DNA from: the human T2T-CHM13v2.0 reference genome, Homo sapiens
Length of the DNA: 64,000 nt
Assembly: GCF_009914755.1 (NCBI RefSeq)
Contig: NC_060928.1
Reading direction: 5' to 3' (one strand)
The translations under genes and the position numbers were made by a program. The notes beneath the pieces were generated by a model that saw nothing but the letters and a program-made list of their open reading frames with translations, did not search any database and was not told where the DNA came from. Below are positions 43,571-58,785 of this stretch, one piece after another; the stretch's first letter is position 1; each line of letters starts with the position of its first letter.

Positions 43571-44714
43571 CAAACACACAGGCACACACACTAACACACT
43601 CATATAGAGAGAGAGATAAAGTCCCTAAGGAATTTTCAAAATTATTTCCTTGACATTTTGAAGTAAGTGTGTCTGTCTGTATTGCATGTATTGGAGTAAA
43701 TAAGCCACATATGACAACAAGAGTACAAAGAGAATGTAGATAGAAAAACATAGAATATAGATAGAGAATATAGATAGATAATCACAATAGTGGCATAGGA
43801 AGATACATTATGATTAGTCCACCATAAAACTACAAAAAGAGAACTTAGGTGTATTTGATATATTGTAACAGACTAGTGGACATTATATCCAATAAGGGTG
43901 TTATTGGTCAGATTAATAAGAGGGTATTATTCCTCAGAGGCTGCTGAAATCAACCCCCATTCATTAATATTCTATAAAATAAATTAGACTACTTGAGCTT
44001 CTAAACATCTGGGATCAGGTGTAACTTTGATGGTCCAAGAACAAGTGATCTGTCAAGAGGCCTGAGGTTTGTACTGAAATCTAATGGCAAAAATGAACTG
44101 AAACACTTTGGAGAAGAAACAGCCTGTAGTTTTAATTTGATTCTCACTGTCTTCCAAGGAAAAATTTTCCTGGATTGCTGAACTTTAGACATTCTCTGCC
44201 TTCTGAAAATCTCATCCATGCTATGAATAAAATTCTCATTTTATGGGGAAGAGGAGAAAATTAATACATGTAGTCCTGACTTTACCTCTTCTTTTCCAAT
44301 ATCTTGCTGGGTTTGTCTACCTGTTAATCCACTATAACTATTCCAACTTGGTTCATTCAAAACCAATCTGGAAGCCATTCTTCCTCCCCTGTCTTCATGT
44401 TTGTTACAAGTAATATGTTTAAGGATCTCAATATCTTTCCAGTGACCCAGGCTCCATGCTTGGACAACCGATACTTACTCCTCTGCTGTTTCACCCACAC
44501 TATCTTAACATGCTTTCAAGCTTTACCTCCTATTTCCACTTCTACTTCTCCATTCACACTCCTACCATCCTCATTCTCACCTGCACTGTTGCAATAGCCA
44601 TCCAAAAACTCAGTGAACTTGCAGACTTGTGCTAAAGTCCATTCTTCATACTGCTGTGGATTAATCTTTCTATGGCATGGTTAGGCTGTTATTTTGCTTA
44701 AAAACATTCAAATT

Positions 44715-44924
44715 TTTGTAAATTTTAAGTTTAGGGGTACAAGTGCAAGATTGTTACATAGGTAAACTTGTGTCATGGAGGTTTGTTTTAGGATTATTTC
44801 ATCACCCAGGTATTAAGCCTGGTACCCACTGGTTATTTTTTCTGATCCTCTCTTTCCTCTCAGCCTCCACCCACTGAAAAGCCCCATTGTGTGTTCTTCC
44901 CCTCTATTTGTCTATGTGTCCTCA
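44715..44924 (-). mobile_element. 5'-truncated L1PA (old) 3' end
   Basis: ggggtacaagtgcaagattgttacataggtaaacttgtgtcatgg; TSD-like aacattcaa on both sides. Confidence 0.85.
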
Positions 44925-45898
44925 ACATTCAATATTTTCTTACTGTGTACAGTTGTTTATTTACAATTAACATTGCAGAAGAGTTAGAAAAGATATAACA
45001 TAAAGATAAAAGGCAAACCTTATTTAATTTTTTCTTTTTGGAACCATATACATTAGCCAGTCACTTATTCTGCATCTTTGCAATGTGTTTTCATGTGGAA
45101 GGACTTGTAGCTGACTGCAAGCTGTTCACATTACTTGTACCTGAAATTCTTATATCCAAGTACGTATTAGATGTATTCATTCTGCCAGAAATGCTTCTCT
45201 TTGTTTTCCTTTTTTCTTTTTTACCCTTGTCCCTTCCTATACATCTTTTTAAACTCATTTAAATTCTATCTCTACAAAAGGTTTCCCCTGATCTATTCTC
45301 TCTCCATCCTGGCTGATTTAATTCCTCACTTTGATGACTTATCAGAGCTCTGTACCTCTCTCACTTTGTTTTCTGCATTCACCCTTAACCAAATTCTGTC
45401 TTGTAATATTGCCCATCTAAAGTGGGACATACTGCCGTTGCTGACTGTATCTTAGGTTCCCGGAGAGCTGGAGCAATGTTATCTCTGTGACCTGTATCCC
45501 TTACCAGGTCTAGCATGGTTTGTTGTATGGTAGTTAATATTCTTTTGTTGTTGTTGTTCTGTTTTTGCTCCTGCTGTAGTCATAAGTGGCCTTTTTAATA
45601 TTGCCTTTATAAGTCTTTTTGTTATCTGGTTAAAGGAAGAGAGCAAACATGATGTCCTCAAGACTAAAAAGATTCAGACTTCCCTGTTTTCCTGTAAGAC
45701 AGAACTGAAAGAAGCATCGATTTACATTAAAATGAAAATAATAACAACATTATTTATTCATGTCAAGGCTATGAAATAAAATCAAGGGTTTGTCATGTGG
45801 AGTTGAAAACTAAAAAATAAGAAATGTATCTGAATCTGTTGTCTCCTAGAGTATAGGTATCAACAAGGCCACTGTTCAGGAGTATGGATTTTAGGTAC

Positions 45899-46278
45899 TC
45901 TTATGGACTGAATTTTGTCCCTCGAAAATGCATATGTTGAAGTCCTAACTTCCAATGTGATAGCATTTGAAAATGGGGCCTTTAAGATATAATTAAGGTT
46001 AGATGGGGTCATGAGGGTGGTGCCTCCATGATGGAGATTAGTGCCCTTATAAGAATAAGAAGTGATTAGTGTTCTCTCAGTATCTTGCTTTAATATGTGT
46101 GGCTACAGTGAGAAGATAGCAGTCTGTAGACAAGGAAGAGTCCCCTCCCTAAAACCTGACTACGTGGGAACCCTGATCTTAAACTTGACAACATTTAGAA
46201 TTGTGAGAAATAAATGTCTGTTGTTTAAGCCACACAGTCTATGGTATTTTGTCATAGAAGCCTGAGCAAACTAAGACG
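45899..46278 (+). mobile_element. MLT1A-like MaLR solo LTR
   Basis: tatggactgaattttgtccc...aataaatgtctgttgtttaagcc...ctaagac; TSD ggtac/ggtat. Confidence 0.88.
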
Positions 46279-46941
46279 GGTATATTGTTTAAAACGGCAC
46301 TGATAATTCACCTGGAAGTATAAAATATTCAGAGCTGCCTGAAAGTTAGTTATACTAACTCAGCCAACCCAGTGATATGTACAGCATAATGATGACAGGA
46401 AGAAAAAAAAAGCATTTTCTGCATGTTTTTTGTCCCACTGCTGTCTCCTTTCCCTGTCCCTGTGCATTCCTTATTAAGTTCAATTGTATTATAGATAACA
46501 CCTTTTATTACAGACTTTGCTTTCTCATTACTTGAAGCTCATTTTGAGTTACAATCTATGTAATATAAACTCAGATGTGAGCCAGGATTGAAGGACATAA
46601 CAATAACTCAATTTTTCTGTAAAACAAGTAGGAAGTTGTTCCCATTTATGAATAAGGAGTCTAGATTTAAACATTCCTATAGGAAATGATGAAATACAGT
46701 TTGAGTTCCTAAGGTTATATATACATAAAAAAAATTAGTCTCAGAGAAGTCAAGTAGCTTATCTGAGATCATTTAGTAACATGGGATGATTTGTGTCCAA
46801 AACTGATATTCAGTTTACTTGTTTTCTTTTTCAAAAGGCTAGCGCTTTTATTTAAGTTGGGAAATATGATCTCACTTTCACAATTTCTCAAAGTGTATCT
46901 CTAGAGATATTAATAAGACTATATTAAGAAACATGTCCTGG

Positions 46942-47930
<989 letters not shown>

Positions 47931-49145
47931 ATTGCTATGGCAGAAAAATTCAATCTTCTTGATTTTCTCATTTAAGTATCTTATGAATAAAATAGTCAAG
48001 AATTTCAACTGCTCTTTTTCCTTGTATTTTTCCTTCTGCATGCCAATAGCAGTTCTTTTACACTACTCTTCCTGAAGAAAACAACAACAACAAAAAACTT
48101 GTTTGTAATGACCTGTAATTTGTAATGAGCAAATGCTTTCACATACATAAAACTTGCAGGAAGTCTCTGGAATTATAAAAGTTTCAACAGGAGAGCAGCT
48201 GGGTCTAATGTATGCAATCCAATATAACACACTGCATTATATCTAGGGAATATATTAGCAAAAATTACTTTTTATTACAAAGCACTAGGCCTTCTAGAAA
48301 TTTTTTATGACTCACTAAAACGGTAGCAAAGTGTAGAATATTTTGTTGTTGTTGCTGCATTTTCCAGAAACCACACACTTTATATTGAATTAATCTATAA
48401 TTGTTGGGCAATTTCTTTTTCCAACTGAACAGCACTTTTGAGATTACGTTTTTCTGCGAGGTCATGAAAAGAAAATTGGAAATATCACATATCTGCTGAC
48501 GTGACATACAAGGGTCCTTTCATTTTGCATTTTCTTTTTCCCTCTGAATGAAGGCAAAAAAGCTCTTTAAAGACAGAAATGCTTCCTTGGGGTTTTCTCC
48601 CCTGAATGAAAACCATTTATCCTATAATTTGAGGCAACATGTCTTAGAAATAAAGACTGAAGTCAGAGGTAGTTGTTTTGTTATTTTGTGAACATTCAAA
48701 GTCCACTGGCTCCTTGTATAAAACAAACCTATGTCTTTAAAACACTAAGTGTTCTTACTTTTATATTCTCTTCACATGCTATTCTTTTTTAAAGAAACAA
48801 CTGAAGGAAATTGCTTCCTCCTTTTCCCTTCTTTTATCTCAAATAGAAACATTTACTCTGAAAACTTTTGTTGCATTGAATTTTTGGCCTACCAATTTGG
48901 CATATGGTCTTTGTCCACCTGAAGCAGAGCTGCAGCACGTTGCCACCATCTTTGTGGGTTTAATGCTAGCGTTATTGTCAAAATAGTGAGCGGCATTTAT
49001 GACCTTGCACCTAGCAGGCATTTTTTGTATTTTCATTGTTTTTGAGCCTGGATTTGCTTGGATCCAGTAAACTAAGTGAAGGTTTAATGAAGGTCAGGGT
49101 CAGAACACAAAAACAACCCTTTCGTTTTAATTAGTTCCCAAGAAA

Positions 49146-49234
49146 CCTTTCTTTATTTCAGGTAAGAGCTAAGTTCCCTTTAATGTAAATGCTGATGCCA
49201 TGATGAACTAACTGGGGACTCTCCCCTTGTAAGT
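49146..49234 (+). other. Candidate recursive splice site with RS-exon
   Basis: cctttctttatttcag|gtaagag at 49161/49162; downstream donor ctt|gtaagt at 49228/49229. Motif evidence only. Confidence 0.4.
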
Positions 49235-50234
49235 ACCTATTAGCTCACATACTTTTAGGAATGTTACATCTTCTCTTTCTCTTTTTCAACTCTTAAGCCA
49301 CATCACTCATGACTGACTTGCTCACATATTCCTGCTCCCATTGATCTCTTTCTTCTCCAATTAGCTATATGTAAAATATATTGGGATGTTTATTTATATC
49401 AGTTTCACACAATTCTATAATTACTTTATGAATAGATCATTTTACATAATACATTTTAATAAGATATGGAGGGGGAGTAAACTTCTTTTTAAAAAGAAAT
49501 TAGGAAAAGAATCACAAAGTACCCAGAAGAAGGGGAGAGAGAGAGAGAAAGCTGATAAAGCATATAAATCATTAGTGTCATGAATAAGTACAATTAAGAA
49601 TTTTTTTAAAAACTGACTATTAGAAATGAGATAGCATATATGAACAGATTTGCAATTCCATGGGAATGTATCTAACTTTGCAGAGTAAGTTGATGTTTTC
49701 TAGCAAAATGTAAACTACCAATATGTATTTTTAAAAAATAACTAATAGGAAGAGCTTGGATAGAAGTATTCCAATAAAAATAAAACATGCTCTAATCCCT
49801 TGTTATCTTTCTATCTAATCCTTAAGTAGAAGACATTCCCATTTTTTTTCAAATGTTCTAAATGGTATAAAGTAGCTTTCTGACTCATTTTAGGAATAAA
49901 ACATACATTTTATATCAAAACTTTATAAACATAATACAAAATATATAAACACATATTGATTATAGAGGTAAATACAGATGTTAAAATTTTTAAAAATTTC
50001 AAATGGAATCTCTAAAATGCATCAAAAGTATGATACACCATTACCAAAATTCCATAAGAGTTCAGCATCATGAAACACATGCTAATAATTTTTTTAGTTT
50101 AAAAATAGATTTATTGTTATTTTTTCTAGAAAGCACCTGTTGCTGATACATTCATGAGAAGTGAATGTTATTGAAGTAGTGTAACCTGGTGACCTATATA
50201 GAATATCTTTGTTGTTTTTACACATAGTTTTTAA

Positions 50235-51810
50235 AAATTTTTTCAATAGATTTTTAGGGAACAGGTGGTGTTTGGTTACATGAATAAATTCTTTAGTGGT
50301 GATTTCTGAGATTTTGGTGTACCTGTCATCCAAGTAGTGTACACTGTACCCAATGTGTAGTATTCTATCCCTCACCTCTCTCTCATGCTCCCACCACCAC
50401 CCCAAGTCCCCAGAGTACATTGTATCATTCTTATGGCTTTGTGTCCTCATACCTTAGCTCACACTTGTAAGTAAGAACATGCTATGTTTGGTTTTCCGGT
50501 TTTCCATTCCTGAGTTACTTAATTTAGAATAATGATCTCCAATTCCATCCAGATGGCTGCGAATAATGGCTGCGAATGGCATTATTTCATTTTTATGGTT
50601 AAGTAGTATTTCAGTGTGTGCATGTGTGTGTGTATACCACATTTTCTTTGTCCACTTGTTGATTTATAGGCATTTGGACTGGTTCCATGCTTTTGCAATT
50701 GCAAATTGTGCTGCTATAAATGTACGTATTCAAATATCTTTTTCATACAGTGACTTCTTTTCCCCTGGGTAGATACCCAGGAATGAGATTGCTGGATCAA
50801 ATGGTAGATCTACTTTTAGTTTTTAAGGAATACCCATACTGTTTTCCATAGTAGTTGTCCTAGTTTACATTCCCACTAACAATGTAAAAGTGTTCCCTTT
50901 TTACTGCATCCATGTCAATATCTATTATTTTTTTATTTTTTGATTATGGCCATTCTTGCAGGAGTAAGGTGGTATCGCATTGTGGTTTTGATTTTCATTT
51001 CCCTGATTATTAGTGATGTTGAGCATTTTTTTCATGTTTGTTGGCCATTTGTATATCTTCTTTTGAGGATTCTTTTCATGTCCTTAGCCCACTTTTTAAT
51101 GGATTTTTTTTCTTGCTGATTTGAGTTTCTAGTGTGTTCTGGATATTAGTCCTTTGTCAGATGCGTAGTTTGCGAAGATTTTCTTTCACTCTGTGGGTTG
51201 TCTGTTTACTCTGCTGATTTTTTTCTGTGCAGAAGCTTTTTAGTTTAATTAAGTCCCATCTATTTATCTTTGTTTTTGTTGCAATTGCTTTTGGGTTCTT
51301 AGTCATGAAGTCTTTGCCTAAACTGATGTCTAGAATGATTTTTCTAATGTGATCTTCTAGAATTTTTAAAGTCTCAGGTCTTAGATTTAAGTCTTTTATC
51401 CATCTTGAGGTGATTTTTGTATAAGGTGAGAGAAGAGGATCCCGTTTCATTCTTCTACACGTGGGTAGCCAATTATCCCAGCACCGTTTGTTAAATAGGG
51501 TGTCCTTTCCACACTTTATGTTTTTGTTTGCTTTATCAAAGATCAGGTGGCTGTAAGTATTTAGTTTTATTTATGGGTTCTCTATTCTGTTCCATTGGTC
51601 TACATGCCTATTTTTAGACAAGTACCATGCTGTTTTAGTGACTATAGTCTTATAGAATAGCTTGAAGTTGGGTAACGTGATGCCTCCAGATTTGTTCTTT
51701 TTGCTTAGTTTTACTTTGGCCATCCAGGCTCTTTTTTGGTTCCATATGAATTTTAGGATTTTTCTTCTAGTTCTGTGAAGAATGATGGTGGCATTTTGAT
51801 GGGAATTGCA
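50235..51810 (-). mobile_element. L1PB 3' segment
   Basis: Antisense L1PB 3'UTR; ORF 51157-51450 gives [33 protein letters not shown] (ORF2). Confidence 0.92.
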
Positions 51811-52333
51811 AAAAAATTATTATGAGAAAACAAGTTTAATAAAACAAATGACATGACTCTATCAGTAAGGCAGGTTCATTTGTACTAAATCTCCACATAA
51901 AATAAAAATTGAAGAAAATCATTCAACACAAAAAAAAGGCTACTTTCCAATAGCAAACACCAAATTAAATGTGGATATGCCCAAACTTACTTTTATTGAA
52001 ATTAAGCATAAGGTGGAGATGTTAGATATTACATTGTTTTGGGAGGCTTTTGCTAATTCAAGAAGAGTAGATAAGGGATATAAGTGTAAAGATTATAAAA
52101 TAAAATAATATTTATTCAAGAAATGGATGACTGAAGACTTTAGAAAGAAACTGAAGAAGAAATGAAGGAGGGAAGAAAGGAAGAAAAGCTCTAGGAAAAC
52201 AAAATTAAGTACTAGAATTAATATAGTAAGTTGATAAGGTTCCTAAATGCAATGAAAATATACAAAATAAACACTTATTTTTCTTATACTAACAATGTCT
52301 AGTTAGAAAATATTTTCTTAAAAAAATCAAATA

Positions 52334-52662
<329 letters not shown>

Positions 52663-53759
52663 AATAGACACAACCTATAAATAGCTAATAAGCAATTTAA
52701 AAACAGAAAAACAAAACCTACATAAAAATAACCAGAGTATTTTTGTTGGACATAAGATAAGGCCAGAACTAAAGAATAGAAACAATTTTCCTGCACAGGA
52801 ATAACGAGTATCATAAAGATGTCAATATTTCAAAAACTAATGAGCCTATACAATTTTAGTTGGAATGCTATTTTAACTTGAATACAGCAATTTTAAAATT
52901 AATATAGCAGTGAATATTCTTGAATAACAAGCAAATTTAAAAAATTACAAGAGCAAAATAGATTAGTGAAGGGGGCATATTTTACCCTTTCTGAGATATT
53001 AGAAGTTTCCATAAAGCCTGGTAACCAAAACTATGTTGATATTATCTATGAATAACAAGATCAACCAAAGGCAGGGAATATAAGATAAGGAAATCAATGC
53101 AACTTCATGTTTTATATATGGTAAAAATAGCATTTCAATTCCATAGAAAGAGGCTATTTTATTTACAAATAGTGCAAGCATAATGTAAAGAAACAAAATA
53201 AAGAATATATTAAAAAATTCCAAATGGGTTAATGTTTAAATATCAAAAACCTGAGATAGTAGGAGAGATGTTTAGAAAATATTAATAAATCTTTGAGTGA
53301 GAGAAAACATCTTAATCAATAAAAACATTTAGAATTCCTCAAAAACAAATTTGACTATGTGAATTTAGGCTTTTAAAAAGACTAAAGCTACCATAATGGG
53401 CTCAAAAGAATATATATAAGAAAGACAAAAGGTTGATATTCTTAAACTGTCAGTAGCACCAGGAGACTAATGGTAAGTACATATATAGTCTAATAGAAAT
53501 ATGGGTACAGTTTTTTTAAAGGCAGTTTTCAGAAAATGAAAAGCAATTAGTCATAATAAACATAAAAGATCTAGTCAACCTCTCTTTGAGTCACAAAGAG
53601 AAACTACTTAGCCCGTGGCTATTGCCATTGCTAATGGCGTAAGCCAGAATTGGTGAAAATGTAAAGAAATAAGCCATCCTAAACATTACTGGCTAGACTC
53701 TGAATTGGTTACATCAGAAGAGTAGAAGCTTCCTGTGAACCTGAAAGGAGGTTCCTTTT

Positions 53760-55128
53760 TAAAAGAATTTATGGCTAAGTCTTCAAAAGCAATTGCAGCA
53801 AAAATAAAAATTGATAAGTGGAATAGAATTAAACTGAATAGTTTCTGCACAACAAGAGAAATTATCAAAGGAGTATACAGACAATCTACAGAATGAAAGA
53901 ATATATTTATAAAGTATGCATTCGACAAAGGCCTAATATCTGGCAGGTATAAGAAACTTAAACAAATCAACAAATAATGCCATTAAAAAATGGTCAAAAG
54001 ACATGAACAGACAGTTCCCAAAAGAAGACATACAAGTGGCCAGTAAACATGTGAAAAAATGCTCATCTTCACTGATCATCAGAAAAATGCAAATCAAAAC
54101 CACAATAAGATACCATCTCACACCAGTCATAATGGCCTTTGTTAAAAAGTCTAAAAACAGCAGATACCAGTGAGGTTGCAGAGAAAAAGGAATGCTTATC
54201 CACTGTGGGTGGGAATGTAAATTAGTCTATCCACTGTGAAGGGCAGTTTGGAGATATCTCAAAAGAACTAAGAGTTGAAGCCAGCAATCCCATTTCTGGG
54301 TATATATCCAAAGAAAATAAGTAATTATACCAAAAAGGCACATGCACTCATATGTTCACTGTAGTGCTATTCAAAATAGCAAAGACATGGAATCAACCAA
54401 GGCACCCATCAATAGTGGATTAAATAAAGCAAATGTGGTACATATATACCATGGAATACTATACAGCCATAAAAAAGAACAAAATCGTGTCCTTGGCAGC
54501 AACATGGATGCAGCTGGAAGACATTATCCTAAATGAACTAATGCAGAAACAGAAAACCAAATACCACCTGTTATCACTTAAAAGTTGGAGCTAAACATCG
54601 AGTATACATGGGCATAAAGATGAAAATAGGTTGGATGCAATGGCTTATGCCTGTAATTCCAACAGTTTGGGAGGCCAAGTTAGGAGGATCACTTGAGCCC
54701 ATAAGTTTGAGACTAGCCTGGGTGACATAGTGAGATGGCATCTCTATTAAAAAATTAAAAAATTAGCCAGGCATCGTAGTGCATGCCTGTAGTCCCAGCT
54801 ACTCAGGAGGCTGAAGCAGGAGGATAATTTGAACCCAGGAGATCAAGGCTGCAGTGAGCCATGTTTCTGCCACTGCACTTCAGCCTGGGCAGCAGGGCGA
54901 GACATTTTCTCAAAAGAAAAAAATAGAGATGAGAACAATAGACCCCAGGAAATACAAGAGGAAAGAGGGAAGGAGGGAGACAAGGCCTGAAAAACAACCT
55001 TTAGCATACCATGCTCGCTAACTGGAAGACAGATTCATTTGCACCCTAAACCTCAGCCTCGTGCAATCTACCTTTGTAACAAACCTGCACATGTACCCCC
55101 TGAACATATAATAAAAGTGGAAGAAAAT
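53760..55128 (+). mobile_element. L1PA15/16-like 3' segment
   Basis: ORF2 C-terminal text; 3' end gtaacaaacctgcacatgtaccccctgaa...ataaaag. Confidence 0.88.
54629..54924 (+). mobile_element. AluJ nested in L1
   Basis: J-type ggaggatcacttgagccc and caaggctgcagtgagcc; TSD-like aaagatgaaaata / agagatgagaaca. Confidence 0.92.
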
Positions 55129-55619
55129 GAATTAATCACTCCTTCCATACCAGATGAGTTTTCTTTCCTGTTGAATAATATATCAGCCATAGTCAGTTGT
55201 CTAAATATTTGTTTGTTTATTTCTTTAGAAAGCAATCAAACGTGTGAGTTTCAAGTAAGTATGGTGAACTGGTTTTCAAACACTTCTTAAGTCTGGCAAT
55301 AATCATATCGACATTTATTAAGTCTGTGATTGCCAGGACTCAGACAGAAGCTGAGGCAAGACTCATAAGCAGAGAGGTGGAGGCCCATGCTGGGCTGAGT
55401 TACTTAAGACTTCAAACTTGGCCTGTGTGAAAACATAGATGCACTCTAAAATAAGCATGAATATTTACCATCAGAAAGACCTGAATTGGAGACCCACTTC
55501 TGCTCTCAAAATAGAAAATAATAATGATTTCTACTTCCCAGCAATATTTGAAGTTTAAGAGATATCAATGTACAGAAAGATAAGCATATGTGATATGCAT
55601 TTAAATATAAATAATCTCA

Positions 55620-55860
55620 TGAATAATAATATGTAATACATACTACATGGAGACCTCGTTCTAAGGGCTTTATGTATATTAACTGGTTTAATTCCTCACA
55701 AAATAGGCTGTGAAGTAGTTAATTTTATTATCTCTATTTTACAAATAAGGAAACTGACATATAGGGACATTAAGTAACTTTCCCAAGCTCACACAGCTAC
55801 CAAAGGCTAAAGCTTGGATTTGGAGGTGGTTCTAGTACCTTAAATTATACGCTATGTCAC
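55620..55860 (-). mobile_element. MIR
   Basis: attttacaaataaggaaactgac...aagtaactttcccaagctcacacagcta. Confidence 0.8.
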
Positions 55861-57471
55861 TTCACTTGTTGCGCTTACGACAATAGCTTTATAAATAGCT
55901 TAGCAAACAGGTTCTAACTAATAATAGCTAGCAAACTGTAGCTTCCTAACTGACATAACTCTACACTCATTGTATATGGTGGAAACTACAATCTGGGAAT
56001 ATTTTATGTTCTTTCTACTGGAAATATTTTGTGTTCTTTCTAGTTTATCACCTTCTGTCTGTCTACTAATTAATATTTTGTTCTTTCTCTAAAATATACC
56101 CAACATTCTCACTCAGAGAAGGTTTTCCTTTTTTATAAATCCACATTTTAAAATATATCTTTCCCAAAAATATATCAATTTCAATCTGCACCATCCAAGT
56201 GGAAGGCATGGCACTTTGAACCATTATGAGTGCTCCTGGCTGCGTACACTTAATTTCCCTCCGCCACTTTTCTCTGAGAGGACACCTAAGAGCATCGCTT
56301 CCATTTGACAGAAGAGGAAATTGGTGCTCTGTGATTCCATAAAGCAACAGAAAGACTGGAGGGAAGAGGTAAAGTTTCAGCACAAGATATTTTGTTGGTT
56401 GGTTTTGTTTTGTTGTAAGTCAACTCACCACTGAATAGAAATATACAATTTAATCTATAAATATTTGGCTTGCAAAGAGTCCTTCAGGATCACATCTTTC
56501 CAGAGCAAGAGGCGCAACTGCAGAGACATCTTCAGTGACTCCGGAAGCAAATAACCAACTTACAGACCATTGACACCTTTGCCTTGATGTCTCCCTCCCC
56601 CATTTGGCAATTTTTCTGCTCATTAGTCATTTCCTCCAGAGAATGAGTAAGATCAGAAGGAAGATCAAGCTCAAATCAGTCAATTACATCTACTTGTCAG
56701 TAACTGAAATGAAAGGATGAAGGCCTGGTGGGCAAGGATTCAGAGACAATTTGAGGGATTATCTGTGAATTTCAATTACCCTCCCACTTCTTTTCTCCAT
56801 TAGCATGAATAATTAAGAATCCAGAGCCTGGAAAACCAGTGAACTTATGAAATGCTGGAGCCAGACAGCACCGTAAATATAACTTTCCAATCTCCTCTAC
56901 TTATAGATGAGGAAACTTAGGGCCCAATGCAAGCATCTTGCTAATGGCAGCTCTGGTGGCTCCTTGATGTTCATCCCCTGTACCTTGCAGTTAAACGAAA
57001 AAAAAAAAATCTAGCCTCCTGTTAGTAAAAGTGCAATTTTGTCTATGATAATATTTCCAAAATAGGTAAAGTCTCAAAAGGAGCAATGTATGATGGGAAA
57101 TGACCTAGGAATGAGAATGCTTAGGTCTAATTATGGCTTAATGCTGTGCGATCTTGGGTAAATATCCTAACTTCTTTGGGCTTTGGTTTTTCACCTACAA
57201 GGAAGGGATAATTGCCTCTGCACTATCTCACAGGCTTTTGGAGAGGGTCATAGAATATAAAAATAATAATATATTACTGGTAATAGCTGCTTTCTATATG
57301 CCAGATAGAGTGTTAAATGGTCAACATGCTCATCTCTTAATCCCTATGACAGCTTTATGATTCAGGTAATGTTGAGGTTTTGCAACCTAAAACCCAGAGA
57401 GGTTAAATAATGTGTTCAAGATCACATGGATAAGCACATGGGAAATATTTTGTTATCTCTAAGGTAGATGG

Positions 57472-57527
57472 GTGTGTGTGTGCACGCGCGTGTGTGTGCA
57501 TGTGTGTGTGTGTGTATGTGTGTGTGC
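57472..57527. repeat. Interrupted (TG)n with a CG run
   Basis: Directly visible alternating purine-pyrimidine tract. Confidence 0.85.
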
Positions 57528-58327
57528 GAGAAAGAGAGAGAAAGAGAAAGACAGAGTGAGCTATCTTTCCATTATTGCTAAGATAAGTTGGGTTTACTAC
57601 TGTGAATCCAATATTCACCTTAGATTCTGTTTGACTTGAAGTGGAGGCAGCATTTTGAGAATCTCAAAATAAAGGAAGGAATCAAGAGAGTATGGAAGAT
57701 CTCTAAGGCTAATATAATGCTTTTAGACTTTAGCCTGAGGAAACAGCTAAGTGTGGAAGAATTTTGGGACGTGAGACCTAAGGCACAATTTAGGAGAGAT
57801 TAATCAGCTGTCTGAATCTAAGATCCATGGCACAGGGAGGAGGGGTGGTATATGTAAATAATATAATGCTTTTGAAAGTCTTGAACAGGGTTAGGATCCC
57901 TTGAATGATTTTGTGGCTGCCTTCAAGCATTGCTCTGGGTGAGTCTTAAGAGAATGAAGAAAAGGACACTGGGAGGGAATTATTTTCTTTATCTAAAGAA
58001 GTATTTCCCATTAGTATTTTCCTAGGGGACGATTCACATACCATAGAATATCAGAACTGGGAAAGACTTTAGAAAATCAACCTCTATTATACAGTAGAAT
58101 AGGGTTTTAAAATGACTCCTCTCCCCTTTACCCAGCCTCACAACCAGGACTCAGATGCCTTTCTCATAAGAATCCAGCCTTTTAACAGGATTTAAGTATT
58201 GTGCAATCTTCCACCCTTATATTCATGTATTCATGAATGCTTGTTGGGTGAATATTCATGTATTCATGATGGATGTGTATACAGACAATTGCAATCTAGT
58301 GTGTTATGGACTACAGAGTATTCTTTA

Positions 58328-58522
58328 AAGCAGAGGCTGGCAAGCTTCTACCTGAAAACTAAATCTGTCATGCAGCCTGTTTTTGTAAGTAAAATTTTAC
58401 TGGAACACAGCAATGCTCATTTGTTTACATATTGTCTATGGTTGCTTTCAAGCTGCAATGACAGAATTGAGTAGTTGTGATGGGGTATGACCCACATAGC
58501 TCTTTACAGAGTTTACAGCTCC
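58328..58522. mobile_element. MER58A-like hAT element
   Basis: gcagcctgtttttgtaagtaaaattttactggaacacagcaatgctcatttgtttacatattgtctatgg. Confidence 0.8.
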
Positions 58523-58589
58523 TGCTGTAGAAGAAAGAGTGCTTTTTGCAGAATTGAGAAGAGGGACAGTAAGGCTATCTACACAAGAG

Positions 58590-58785
58590 CCCTCAAACCT
58601 AGCTGCAGAGTAAAATCACCCAAGGAGCTTTTAAAAACACTGATGCTCGGACTCTATCCCTTTTTATCCCAAGATATTCTAATTCAATGGACCGGTGGTT
58701 AGAGCAGCCGTGGTGTTTTCTTAATTGCCTCTAAGGTGATACAAATTTAGGATGCCAGTATGCAACCAGAGTACAGTAAGACTGT
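58590..58785. mobile_element. MER5-like hAT element
   Basis: aaatcacccaaggagcttttaaaaacactgatgc...agatattctaattcaatgg. Confidence 0.6.
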
